Source of the DNA: Candidatus Latescibacterota bacterium
Lineage (GTDB): Bacteria > Latescibacterota > UBA2968 > UBA8231
Assembly (NCBI GenBank): GCA_965206595.1
Contig: OZ242214.1
Span: 96,001-160,000 of the forward strand
Reading direction: 5' to 3'
Length of the DNA stretch: 64,000 nucleotides
Part shown: in pieces, positions 37,166 to 47,005 of the stretch
Numbering within the stretch: position 1 is the first letter of the stretch
Layout of the letters: each line of letters opens with the position of its first letter
The notes under the pieces: generated by a model
The model's input: the letters and a program-made list of their open reading frames with translations, nothing else
Databases searched by the model: none
Told to the model about the DNA's origin: nothing
Made by a program: the position numbers and the translations under genes

Positions 37166-39109
37166 ATGGGCGGACCGGCAGCATCCTCACCCTCGGATTC
37201 CACTGCCGCCAGGCTCAGGGGACTGCTCCGCGGCTGGCAGCAGCGCTTCGGCCTCGACCTGCGGGCGCTGGCACTCTTCCGCATCCTGCTCGGCCTGCTG
37301 CTGCTCGTCGACCTGGCAGTTCGGCTGACCGATCTGCGCGTCTTCTACTCCGACGCCGGGGTGCTGCCGCGAGTCGATCTGCTCGGCCGGGTCGCCACCA
37401 GCTCGACCCCGTGGCTGGTGTCCCTGCACATGGCGAGCGGGCTCTGGGGGGTGCAGCTCCTCCTCTTCGCGGTCGCGGCGTTCTGCGCGATCTGCCTGAT
37501 GATCGGCCATCGGACCCGGCTATTCACCTTCCTCAGCTGGGTGCTGCTGGTGTCGCTGCACAACCGGAATCTCACTGTCCTCAACGCCGGCGACCTGCTG
37601 TTCCGGGTGCTGCTCTTCTGGTCGCTGTTCCTCCCCCTCGGGGCGCGCTGCTCGGTCGACGCGGCGATGAAGGAGGCGGACGGGACCGGACCGGCGAAGC
37701 GCAACGACCGCACCTGGTCGGTTCCCGCCTTCTGCTTGATGGCGCAGGTCACCATCCTCTACTGGGCGACGGCGCTGCTGAAGAACCACCCGATCTGGAC
37801 CGGGGACCGGACCGCGGTCTGGTACGCCCTCAAGCTCGACTACATGGCGCTGCCGCTCGCGGTCCTGATGCGCGACCTGCCTGCCGCATGGCTCGAGCTC
37901 ATGACCCGGACGACGCTCCTGGTCGAACTCCTGGCGCCGGTGCTGATCTGGATTCCGTTCCTCGTCGGCCCGCTGCGTCTGGCCGCCTGCATCGTCATGA
38001 TCGGCATTCACCTGGCGTTCGCGGCGACCCTGCAGATCGGGCTCTTCTCCTACATATGCAGCGCCATGTGGCTGGCCCTCCTGCCGCCATGGGTCTGGGA
38101 CAAGCTCTTCGCGCGCTTCCGGCGCGACCCCCGGCGGCTCGGGATGACGATCCACTACGACGCCGACTGCGGCTTCTGCCGCCGCATGGTTCTCCTGCTG
38201 AGAAGCTTCTTCCTGCTTCCCGAGACGCGCATCGCCGAGGCCCAGGAAAACGCGGAGATCGAGCGCGACATGCGCGCCCGCAACTCGTGGGTGGTCACCG
38301 ATTGCGAGGGGAAGCGCCGCTACAAGTTCCAGGCCTTCAGCTACGTGCTCTCCCAATCGCCGTGGGCCTGGCCCGCGGGGAAGATCCTGGGACTGGCGGC
38401 CTTCCGGGGGTTGGGCATCTGGCTGTACGAACGGACCGCGAACCGCCGCGAGCTGATGGGGCGCCTGACCGGCTGGATCCGTCCGCGCCCGGAAAGGCGG
38501 GTGCGCCGGCCGCTCATCTGGCTTAGGAACAGCTTTCTCCTGGCCACGCTCGCCTACGTCCTCGTCTGGAACGCCCGCATCTTTCACAACAAGGAGATCT
38601 TCAAGCCGGACTCGGCCGCCGGCAGGTTCTCGGCGGCGTCGGCGAGATGGATCGACGGCCGGGACGACGAGGGCAATCGAGTCGACCGCCGCTGGTACGG
38701 CCGTCTCCTGCGCGTCGGTCAGTCGTGGAACATGTTTTCCCCGTACCCGCCTCGCATCATCGGCTGGTACGTGGTTGTCGGCACCTTGGAGGACGGATCG
38801 CAGGTCGATCTCTACCGGCACGTCGTCCTGGGAGAGGAATCCCCCGAGGTCTCCTGGGACCGCCCGAACAGCATCGCCGAGACGTTCCGCGGACCGCGCT
38901 GGCGCAAGTACATGATGTCGCTCCGCAAGAAGGAGAAGAGCGATTTCCGCCCCCTGCTGTGCAAGTACCTGGCGCGCGAATGGAAGCGTGAGTTCGGGGA
39001 CGCCGCGCCGCTGACGATGGTCGAGCTCTTCTTCAACGAGGAGCGGACCAAGGCGTACGAGCCCAACACGGAACCGAAGAAGCGCCGCCTCTGGTATTAC
39101 ACCCCGTAG
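37166..39109 (+). CDS. HTTM-domain membrane protein with an internal DCC1-like thiol-disulfide domain
   Basis: DLRALALFRI, HNRN...NAGD and LPLGA.CSVD; internal YDADCGFC; C-terminal QSWNMFSP.P and RWRKY. Confidence 0.82.
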   Translation: MGGPAASSPSDSTAARLRGLLRGWQQRFGLDLRALALFRILLGLLLLVDLAVRLTDLRVFYSDAGVLPRVDLLGRVATSSTPWLVSLHMASGLWGVQLLLFAVAAFCAICLMIGHRTRLFTFLSWVLLVSLHNRNLTVLNAGDLLFRVLLFWSLFLPLGARCSVDAAMKEADGTGPAKRNDRTWSVPAFCLMAQVTILYWATALLKNHPIWTGDRTAVWYALKLDYMALPLAVLMRDLPAAWLELMTRTTLLVELLAPVLIWIPFLVGPLRLAACIVMIGIHLAFAATLQIGLFSYICSAMWLALLPPWVWDKLFARFRRDPRRLGMTIHYDADCGFCRRMVLLLRSFFLLPETRIAEAQENAEIERDMRARNSWVVTDCEGKRRYKFQAFSYVLSQSPWAWPAGKILGLAAFRGLGIWLYERTANRRELMGRLTGWIRPRPERRVRRPLIWLRNSFLLATLAYVLVWNARIFHNKEIFKPDSAAGRFSAASARWIDGRDDEGNRVDRRWYGRLLRVGQSWNMFSPYPPRIIGWYVVVGTLEDGSQVDLYRHVVLGEESPEVSWDRPNSIAETFRGPRWRKYMMSLRKKEKSDFRPLLCKYLAREWKREFGDAAPLTMVELFFNEERTKAYEPNTEPKKRRLWYYTP

Positions 39110-39230
39110 CCTTCGATTCCAGGGGGCGACTTCAGCTGCCCTGAAATCGCTGGGATTGGGGCGGCGGGTACTGTCCGCGCCATTCCTTTCCGTGGTGTTC
39201 CGGGACCAGGCCGATGGCTGAGCGAACGGT

Positions 39231-39803
39231 TCACCCGACCCGGGTCCGGCCCTGCCAGCCGGCGATGAATCCGTCGACGTCGATGTCGGGCATCTCCTGG
39301 AACCTGTAGGTCGATGGCTGCTTGCCCTGGAAGCCGGGAACGAGGTGCGGCTCCTCGACCTGGAGGAGGCGGTCGAAGGTCTCGAAACGCCGCCACAGCT
39401 GCCCGGCTTCCGCGGCAGTCAAGCGGCCGCCCACCGGCCCCCTTCCCCGCAGGGCCGCCCTCGCAATCTTGGACAGTTGAATCAGGCAGGAAACGCCGCC
39501 CACCTCTCCGGAGTGGAGCTCGCCGAGGGCCTCGCAGAAGGCCGCGGCGTCCCGGTCGATCATGGCGCGGAAGGCTCGCTCCATGGCGTCGCATTCCCTC
39601 TCGCCTCCCGGCGGCTCCCCCGGCTCGCGGTGGTCCGCCCACCATGTCCTGTGGCGCGCGAGCATCTCTTCGCAATGGGTCCGCAGCGAGTCGAGCTGTT
39701 GCCGGGGAAGGCATTCGCGCAGGATGCAGTACCCATTCTCCAGCAGCTCGTCGCTAACGGTCAAATGAGATTCCCCCACAGTTTTTTTACCCGCTACCTG
39801 CAA
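39231..39803 (-). CDS. Hypothetical protein, possibly an internally deleted PhyH-like gene
   Basis: LLENGYCILRE start resembles PhyH, but no HxD is present; start codon uncertain. Confidence 0.45.
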   Translation of the reverse strand: MQVAGKKTVGESHLTVSDELLENGYCILRECLPRQQLDSLRTHCEEMLARHRTWWADHREPGEPPGGERECDAMERAFRAMIDRDAAAFCEALGELHSGEVGGVSCLIQLSKIARAALRGRGPVGGRLTAAEAGQLWRRFETFDRLLQVEEPHLVPGFQGKQPSTYRFQEMPDIDVDGFIAGWQGRTRVG

Positions 39804-40162
39804 TGCTGTGGGTAAATATCAGGCACACCTGGGCAGCTTTTGGCCGGAAAAGATCGCCCGTCCCGCCCGTTTGAGGTGCTGTAGCGGCGTGGAGGTTCTC
39901 GTTGGACCGCGGCGACCGGAGTGACAAGCATCCCCTGGTCCGGGACCTCGACGGATGCCCGGCGGTCGCCTTCATGGGGACCGCCGGGAGCCGATCAACA
40001 CCCCCTTCGAAATCGTCCGGCCTTACGGGAGGGTGTGCTGCTCGCCAGCACGCGCGGCAGCACGGAGGTCAATGGCTCAGCAACCGGGACCCGTCCCTGG
40101 TGGGTGTACTGCTCGAGTGGGGGGGATGTGGGGCGATTGGAAACGGGCTTCCTCCCGGGACG

Positions 40163-40441
40163 CTACCCTTCCCGTAAAGGTTCCAACCCCAACTCACCGA
40201 TCGGGACCGCCTCGTCGATGAGCATGATCGGGATGTCGTCCTCGACCGGGTAGAGAAAGGCGCCGTCCTCCCGGACCAGCCCGCCGTCCAGCTTCTTCTC
40301 CAGCTTTTCGCCTCTCCGGTTCGAGACCTGTCCCAGTTCTATCAGGGCGTTCAGCCCGTCGATCAGTCCGGCGTCGGCCAGATGCACCGGTTCCTTGGTC
40401 TCCGGGCAGGCCAGGATGTCGAGCAACTCCTTGTCTATCAT
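40163..40441 (-). CDS. Trm112-like protein
   Basis: MIDKELLDILACP ... YPVEDDIPIMLIDEA. Confidence 0.88.
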   Translation of the reverse strand: MIDKELLDILACPETKEPVHLADAGLIDGLNALIELGQVSNRRGEKLEKKLDGGLVREDGAFLYPVEDDIPIMLIDEAVPIGELGLEPLREG

Positions 40442-40803
40442 GACGTTGCAAATTCTCCGCAAGAAACTGGGTCGGGGGTTTGGAATGGGTGTGAAGATAG
40501 CAGGCCCCATTCCGGGGAACAAGCAAAGGAAATTTTTTCCCCGGGTGGGGGTCGCAATTTCCCACTTGATGGGAGGCACTTCAAAAAAAGGCTCTCCGCG
40601 AAGGCACCCCTATCACTGGATCATATTGTTTATCTATCAGTAAAAACAACCAGTTAAAAGAAAACTCCCGAATCGGGCTCCCGTTCGGGCAACGAATCGA
40701 CGTCTTCGGTCCGAACCTTGCTGGCTCCTTGCCCCGGAAGTCGCGGTCAGGCTGCGGCTTCCTCCGGAACAAAGCCAATCCACTTGTTGGAAAGGGGCCC
40801 GCG

Positions 40804-41109
40804 GTGGAACAGGTCGACCAGGATGCAGAAGAGGTTCGCAAGGAGCGCCTGGCGCTCATCGTCGATCGCTGTCTGGACAGCGAGGCGGCCTACAGGCTTT
40901 TCGACATGCTCGGATCGATTTGCCGGCTGGACGCCGCCGCAAGGCGCGAGTACATGAGACTGGTACGGGAGTCGGGGCTGTACTCCGCGGAAGAGATGGT
41001 GGCGGTCGAACGCCTGATCGCCACCGGGGCGGCGCAGTGCTTCAAGGAGGTGGTCGACCAGGTTCGCGAGGAGCGGATTGAGCGCGAGATCAGGGACCTG
41101 GTTTCCTGA
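40804..41109 (+). CDS. Hypothetical helical protein
   Basis: Genome-like codon usage; probable GTG start after AAGGGG. Confidence 0.55.
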   Translation: MEQVDQDAEEVRKERLALIVDRCLDSEAAYRLFDMLGSICRLDAAARREYMRLVRESGLYSAEEMVAVERLIATGAAQCFKEVVDQVREERIEREIRDLVS

Positions 41110-41286
41110 GCCGGGCGAATGTGACCCGCAGCGATCACCCGATTCCCGAAATTTCCGCCTGCGGGGCTGAGAACGACCGTCCCTGGTGTACGTGCGTAAG
41201 CAAGCGGCCGAATTCACCCGGAATTGCGCCCACAGGACCAGGATGACCGGATTGGCGGGAGCGTCCCATAGCAATGCGCGAAACGC

Positions 41287-41327
41287 AAAAAAAAAAGCGG
41301 CCCGGGGATCGGATTCCCCAAGACCGC
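41287..41327 (-). terminator. Rho-independent terminator of rpmB
   Basis: Minus strand GCGGTCTTGGGGA-atccga-TCCCCGGGCCGC followed by T10. Confidence 0.85.
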
Positions 41328-41361
41328 AGATCAGAGACGGGCCGGAACCGACCCGCTGAAT

Positions 41362-41589
41362 TCACACTTTTATTCCGTTCTCCTCGAGATACCGCAGAAC
41401 CCCCTTCTTGTTCATCGTCCGCAGCGCCCGGGCGCAAAGCTTCAGGGTGACGGTGCGGTTCCGCTCAGGTATGTAAATCCGCTTCTTGATGAGATTCGGA
41501 TGCTGAACCCGCTTGGTCTTGCGATGGGAGTGGCTGACGCTGTTGCCAACCATTCTTCTCTTGCCGGTTACCTGGCACACACGAGCCAT
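41362..41589 (-). CDS. rpmB: 50S ribosomal protein L28
   Basis: MARVCQVTGKRRMVGNSVSHSHRKTKR..PNL; AGGAGG RBS. Confidence 0.97.
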   Translation of the reverse strand: MARVCQVTGKRRMVGNSVSHSHRKTKRVQHPNLIKKRIYIPERNRTVTLKLCARALRTMNKKGVLRYLEENGIKV

Positions 41590-41852
41590 GTTCGACCTCC
41601 TGAATGAGCCAGAAACATAGAGCAGACAAGGAGATACGTCAAGAAGCGACTTGACAGGGTGGGCCCCTGGACCTACGTATTCAAAGGCGCACGCAGCCGC
41701 TGCGGGCAGGCCGGAAGCCCCCGGGGGATTCGCTGCGAAGCGGAAAACCGCCGGCTTTTGCGGATCCCGCACACGGCTCGAGCGTCCTGTCGAGACACAT
41801 ACCCGCAACTCTGTCCTAACTTCCGAACTATTACAACACAAGTACAACACAA

Positions 41853-44800
41853 GTGATCTTCAACCGCACCCCGTGGGTCGGGATTGCGCTCCTCCTCTCG
41901 GTCGCGGCGCTGGCTGTGGCCGCCGGAGCGCAGACCCCCTGGGCACCAGTGGGTCCGCCCGAGGCCGGTGCTCTCCAGGTTTCCGCGGAGTTCGACCGGC
42001 AGCTGACACGGGCCCGCGCCGTGCTGGCGAATTCCTGGACTGCGACTGTCGAAATGGTCGGGAAGACTTCCAACAGCGTGCGCCTGGTGTACGAGGCCGG
42101 ACCGGCAACACCGCCCGGCCCTGCTTCCGTAGAGCCGGTCGCCTTCGATCACCTCCGTGACCTCCACCGCAGCTGCACCGTAGGGATTCCCCCGGACAGT
42201 GAAGTCGAGATGGAGGTCGTCGATGCCCGCGTCGCCGCCCGAGTGCACGGTCCGGAGGCTGGCGAGCTGTTCGCGGGCACGGCGCAGGGACCGGTGGAGC
42301 TCGGGGAACGCGGTCTCCTGCGCAGGCAGGAAGTGGTGGCTCTCGGGTTCGGGCCGCGGCTGGACGGGGAGGAACTCACCGTGTTCGACCGCATCGAGGT
42401 CGAACTGCGCTTTTCATCGAACTTGACGTCCAACCGGCGTTTTCGGGCTGACAAGTGGGGGGAGATGCTGTATCGCAATACCCTGGTCAACTACGAGCAG
42501 GCGAGATCCTGGCGTCTTCCTGCCATGGGACCGGCGGCAGGAAAGATGGCCGATGGGTCCGCCCTGAGTGGCGAGGTGCTGAGGATAACGGTCCGCAAAA
42601 ACGGCCTATACAAGGTTACCGGGGGCGATCTGGCCGACGCGGGCATCCCCCTCGAGACAATCGACCCGGAGCATCTACGCATGCTCTACGGAGGAGGCAG
42701 GGTTCTCGGTCTCCAGCGCGCGGTCATTCAAGGTCTCCGCGTCCGTGATATACCGGTCCTGGTAGAAGACGGCGGCGACGGTCGCTTCGACGCCGGCGAT
42801 TTCCTCCTCTTCTACGGCGAGGCGACTGAACGCTGGGACTACCACCGCGGGGATGACCGCTATTTCTGGCGGGCGAACCCCTTCACCGAGGAGAACGCCT
42901 ACTTCCTCGATGCCGGCGCCGAAGTGCAGGGACGCAGGATGCGTCAACGCAGCGGGTCCCGCGATCACGGTTCGCCTCGCCCTGTCGACAGCTACCGCGA
43001 GCGGCTCCATCTCGAGGACGATCGCCTGATCCGGAACCAGTCGTTCGGCATCAAGTCGGGTTACGACTGGTACTGGGAGGACTTCGGGGGGAACGCGCGC
43101 AACTTTTCCGCCATCGTGCGCGACGCAGTTCCCGGAATTCCCGTCGATATCCGGGTCCGCTTCTGGGGCTCGAGAAGAAAGATCCACAGGTTCGATCTGT
43201 ACTGGAACGAAGAGCTGGTGGGGAAGGTCTCGATGGATAGCATGTCCGTTGCCACCCTCGAGGCGCAGGCTCCGCAGGGCGCGAAGGAGGGCCTGAACCA
43301 GCTCGGGGTTTTCCACCGCGACAACAAGGCGACGCGGCTGGACTGGATCGAGCTCGAATTCGATCGCCGGCTGTCGGCCGAGGGCGGGGAGCTGGCCTTC
43401 TCCTGGCCTCCCTCGGCGATGCCCGGGGAGGGGGAAGAGGTAACGGCGGAGTTCGTGCTGACCGGGTTCGCCGAAGAGGGGAAACCGCGGATCTTCGAGA
43501 TCTCGGATGTTGACGTGGCGAGTGAAATCGTCGGCTTCGACTACGACGAGACCACCGGAACCGCGGTCTTTCAGGACCGCTTCGACGGGGAGGGGCTTCC
43601 TCCGCGATACATCGCCAGCGTCCCGTCCCGCTGGAGGCTGCCCGCAAAAATGGAGCTCGATACCCCGAGCCGGCTGCGCACCCCGGACAACGGCGCCGAG
43701 TACGTCGTGCTCACCCATGCCGATTTCCGCGCAGCTGCGGACCGTCTGGCGGCGTGGCGCGCCGCCGGCGACCGGTTCGGACCGATGCGGACACTCTCCG
43801 TCGACGTCCAGGACGTGTACGACGAGTTCTCGGGGGGGCTCCTCGACCCGATGGCGATCCGGTCGTTCGTCAACTACGCCGTAGACAACTGGGATCCCGC
43901 CCCCTACTTCGTCTGCCTGATCGGTGACGGCACCTACGATTACAAGAACAACACCGGCACCAGTCGCCCGAACTGGATGCCGGCGTACCAGGAAGGCATC
44001 AGCATGTTCGATGAATGGTACGTGCGCGTAGAGGGAGAGGACCGGATTCCCGACCTGGCGATCGGCAGATTGGCGGTGCAGACGGCGGCCGAGGCCGAGG
44101 GGGTGGTCGACAAGCTGATCGCCTACGACTCGGACCCAGAGGTCGGACCCTGGCAGAGTCGCGTGCTGCTGGTGGCGGACGACCTGCGCCATCCTTCGAA
44201 ACTGAACTTGAGGGAATCCTATTTCATTGTCGACGCCGAAAACCTGGCGCGTCGCCAGCTCCCCACCGACTTCGATCTCGTCAAGCTCTACCTCGCCCAG
44301 TTTCCGCTCGAGGGGAGCACCAAGCCGCAGGCCAGGGAAGCATTCCTGCGCCGTTTCAACGAGGGGGCGCTGATCGTCACCTACATCGGGCACGGGAGCT
44401 ACAACGTGCTCGCCCACGAGAGTATGTTCCTTCTCTCCAGGGACGCCGACCGCATCGACAACGGCAGAAGGCTGCCGTTTATGTACACGGCCGCGAGCCA
44501 GGTGGGGGTGTTCGACCTACCGGACCAGCAGTCGATCCCCGAGATCCTGATGAACCGTCCCGATGGCGGGGTAATCGGGTTCATCTCGGCGGCCCGGGTT
44601 GGCTACCATACCAGCAACATGTACCTGGCCCGTGAATTTCACCGGCTGATGTACCGGTCGGAGGAAGACCACATGCCCCTGGGACTGGCGCTGACGATTG
44701 CCAAGCAGAACGTGACGGGTAGCAGGACAGACCGCACCAACATGCAGCGATACTGTCTGATCGGCGACCCGGCCATGCGCCTCGCCAGACCGCGGTACAC

Positions 44801-45791
44801 CGTCGCCATCGAAGTGCCGGATTCGATTCGGGCGCTCGAGGAGATTCCGATCGCCGGCCGCATCCTCGACGCCGAGCGCCGGGCGGCGGAGGACTTCACC
44901 GGAACCGCCCTCGTGCAGGCGTTCGACTCCAGTACGAAGAGCAAGTTGGATAGTATCACCTACAACCGCCCCGGGGCTCCGATTTTCCGCTGTCTGGTAC
45001 CGGTCGCCGCCGGCCGCTTCGAGACCGCCTTCCGGGTGCCCAAGGACCTCAGCTACAAGGAAGACAACGGCCGGGTCAGTGCCTATGTTTGGAGCGACGA
45101 TGCCCCGGCCGCTTTCGGGGCCGTCGACAGTCTGGTGATCGCCGGAACGGCGCCCGGTATCGTCGCCGACCAGACCGGCCCCGAGATCGCGATCCGATTC
45201 AAGGGGCAGGATAGTTTCAGCAGCGGTGACTTCATTTCCAGCGAAGCGGTCCTCGAGGCTGTGATCAGCGATCCGAACGGCATCAACATAACCGGAGAAA
45301 CCGGGCACGAAATGGAGTTCCGGGTGGATGACCGCCTCTTCATCGTCACCGAGTCCTTCTACAATACAGGGGACTACCGCAGCGGCCTGCTCGAATTCCC
45401 GCTTCCCGCCATGGAACCGGGTACCCACACCTTGCGTCTCAAGGCCTGGGACACGTTCAACAATTCGTCCCAGGTCGAGGCGGAAGTGCGCTTCTCCGAG
45501 GGGGACGACGGGGGGCTCTCCCGGCTGCTGTTCCACCCCAACCCCATGCGGCACGGGGGCGATTTCACATACACTCTCGAAATCGCTGCGGAGTCCGTCC
45601 ATATCAGGGTGTTCACGCTCGCCGGAAAGCTCGTCGACGAGCTCTCCGGCACGGGGCATGCCGACTTCAACCAGGTCGCCTGGACCCCGCCGAGGGAGCT
45701 CGCCAACGGCACCTACCTGTACCAGGTCGAGGTCGAGCGCGCAGATGGACTGCGCCTCGAAAAGAAGGCGGCCATCCAGGTGATGAAATGA
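41853..45791 (+). CDS. porU: PorU-like C25-family (gingipain) T9SS sortase
   Basis: Signal peptide; VYDEFSGG..DP.AIR, LIGDGTYD, IGRL, YIGHG, LIGDP, D..GIN.TG..GH, KAWD.FNN and a C-terminal PNP CTD; upstream of porV. Confidence 0.85.
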   Translation: MIFNRTPWVGIALLLSVAALAVAAGAQTPWAPVGPPEAGALQVSAEFDRQLTRARAVLANSWTATVEMVGKTSNSVRLVYEAGPATPPGPASVEPVAFDHLRDLHRSCTVGIPPDSEVEMEVVDARVAARVHGPEAGELFAGTAQGPVELGERGLLRRQEVVALGFGPRLDGEELTVFDRIEVELRFSSNLTSNRRFRADKWGEMLYRNTLVNYEQARSWRLPAMGPAAGKMADGSALSGEVLRITVRKNGLYKVTGGDLADAGIPLETIDPEHLRMLYGGGRVLGLQRAVIQGLRVRDIPVLVEDGGDGRFDAGDFLLFYGEATERWDYHRGDDRYFWRANPFTEENAYFLDAGAEVQGRRMRQRSGSRDHGSPRPVDSYRERLHLEDDRLIRNQSFGIKSGYDWYWEDFGGNARNFSAIVRDAVPGIPVDIRVRFWGSRRKIHRFDLYWNEELVGKVSMDSMSVATLEAQAPQGAKEGLNQLGVFHRDNKATRLDWIELEFDRRLSAEGGELAFSWPPSAMPGEGEEVTAEFVLTGFAEEGKPRIFEISDVDVASEIVGFDYDETTGTAVFQDRFDGEGLPPRYIASVPSRWRLPAKMELDTPSRLRTPDNGAEYVVLTHADFRAAADRLAAWRAAGDRFGPMRTLSVDVQDVYDEFSGGLLDPMAIRSFVNYAVDNWDPAPYFVCLIGDGTYDYKNNTGTSRPNWMPAYQEGISMFDEWYVRVEGEDRIPDLAIGRLAVQTAAEAEGVVDKLIAYDSDPEVGPWQSRVLLVADDLRHPSKLNLRESYFIVDAENLARRQLPTDFDLVKLYLAQFPLEGSTKPQAREAFLRRFNEGALIVTYIGHGSYNVLAHESMFLLSRDADRIDNGRRLPFMYTAASQVGVFDLPDQQSIPEILMNRPDGGVIGFISAARVGYHTSNMYLAREFHRLMYRSEEDHMPLGLALTIAKQNVTGSRTDRTNMQRYCLIGDPAMRLARPRYTVAIEVPDSIRALEEIPIAGRILDAERRAAEDFTGTALVQAFDSSTKSKLDSITYNRPGAPIFRCLVPVAAGRFETAFRVPKDLSYKEDNGRVSAYVWSDDAPAAFGAVDSLVIAGTAPGIVADQTGPEIAIRFKGQDSFSSGDFISSEAVLEAVISDPNGINITGETGHEMEFRVDDRLFIVTESFYNTGDYRSGLLEFPLPAMEPGTHTLRLKAWDTFNNSSQVEAEVRFSEGDDGGLSRLLFHPNPMRHGGDFTYTLEIAAESVHIRVFTLAGKLVDELSGTGHADFNQVAWTPPRELANGTYLYQVEVERADGLRLEKKAAIQVMK

Positions 45792-45955
45792 CCGCCTTGC
45801 CGGGCAGGAAGCCGGGAGGCACGGCAACCGGAGTGGAAGGGAGCCTGGAATCCGCCCAGCCGCGGGCTGCAGGCAACGAATGCCGCATCGCAGTCGCCGG
45901 TCCGAAATGAAGCGGCAGCAGATTCTCGAAGTGAAACCTCAGGAGGTATCGACAA

Positions 45956-47005
45956 GTGCTTGACAAACTCAGCGCCTGGTGCGTGACCGCCGCCCTGCTC
46001 GCCGCGGCCGCCGGGCCTGCCTCGGCAACCTCGGAGAGCCGCGCCACCGTCATTTTCCTTTTGATCAAACCGGATGCGCGCTCTATCGCCATGGGGGAGT
46101 CGTACGTCGCCGTCGCCGACAATGCCAGCTACTTCAACCCGGCCTCGCTCGCGGGGCAGACCGAGCGCAAGCTCCACCTGACCCATGCGAAGTGGCTTCC
46201 CGGTCTGGCCGACGACATGTCGTACGAGTATGTCGCCTACTCGCAACCGGTCGAGGGATGGGGAAACGTCGGTCTCAACGGAGTCTGGATGAACCTCGGT
46301 GAGCAAGCGTATACCGGCGAAAGGGGCGAGGTGCTCGACACCTTCTCGAGCAACGAGTTCGCGATCAGCGTCGCCTACGGCGCCGATGTCGCCGAAAACA
46401 TGAAGGCAGGCGTCGGCCTGAAGTTCATCCACAGCCGCCTCTCCCCCGAGTACGGTGCGGGCATCGAGCAAGGCGAGGGGGTCGGAAGCAGCTTTGCCGC
46501 CGACCTCGGTATCCTGTGGGACCTGACACCTGCGCTTACATTCGGCTCGGCGCTTCGCTACCTCGGTCCGAAGATGGCCTACATCGACCCCAGCCAGGCC
46601 GATCCCCTTCCGCAGCATGTCGTCGCCGGTTTCGCGTACGAGCTCCTCGACGCCGAGTACCACGACGTCCTGCTCGTATTCGATCTCTACAAGCCCCTGA
46701 TCGCCGAGGGCTCGTTCATCGGCAACCTGGTGAAGGCGTGGGCGGACGAGAGCATGGCGAACGAGTTCAAGGAGATGGACGTTCACGTCGGCGGGGAGTA
46801 CCGGTACGGCCTGTCGGCCCAGCAGGACCAGTCGTTTCTGGCGCTGCGGGCAGGATACAGGTGGGACCACGACGGCGAGCTGAAATTCCCCACGTTCGGG
46901 ATGGGTCTGAAATACAACATGTTCCAGGTCGACGTGGCATACGTAACGGGTACCGGCACCCCGATGGAGGACAACACCCGTTTCTCCCTGAACCTGACGT
47001 TCTGA
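45956..47005 (+). CDS. porV: PorV/PorQ-family T9SS outer-membrane barrel
   Basis: FLLIKPDARSIAMGE..A..YFNPA.LA..H.KWLP.L..D motif; C-terminal RFSLNLTF. Confidence 0.85.
   Translation: MLDKLSAWCVTAALLAAAAGPASATSESRATVIFLLIKPDARSIAMGESYVAVADNASYFNPASLAGQTERKLHLTHAKWLPGLADDMSYEYVAYSQPVEGWGNVGLNGVWMNLGEQAYTGERGEVLDTFSSNEFAISVAYGADVAENMKAGVGLKFIHSRLSPEYGAGIEQGEGVGSSFAADLGILWDLTPALTFGSALRYLGPKMAYIDPSQADPLPQHVVAGFAYELLDAEYHDVLLVFDLYKPLIAEGSFIGNLVKAWADESMANEFKEMDVHVGGEYRYGLSAQQDQSFLALRAGYRWDHDGELKFPTFGMGLKYNMFQVDVAYVTGTGTPMEDNTRFSLNLTF

Noticed and set aside
46516-47001. Long N-terminal extensions in the ORF track (also 49077-50042, 52778-53299, 34009-34383, 41590-41850)
   Set aside because: They overlap upstream genes or promoters; signal peptides and RBS positions indicate later starts.
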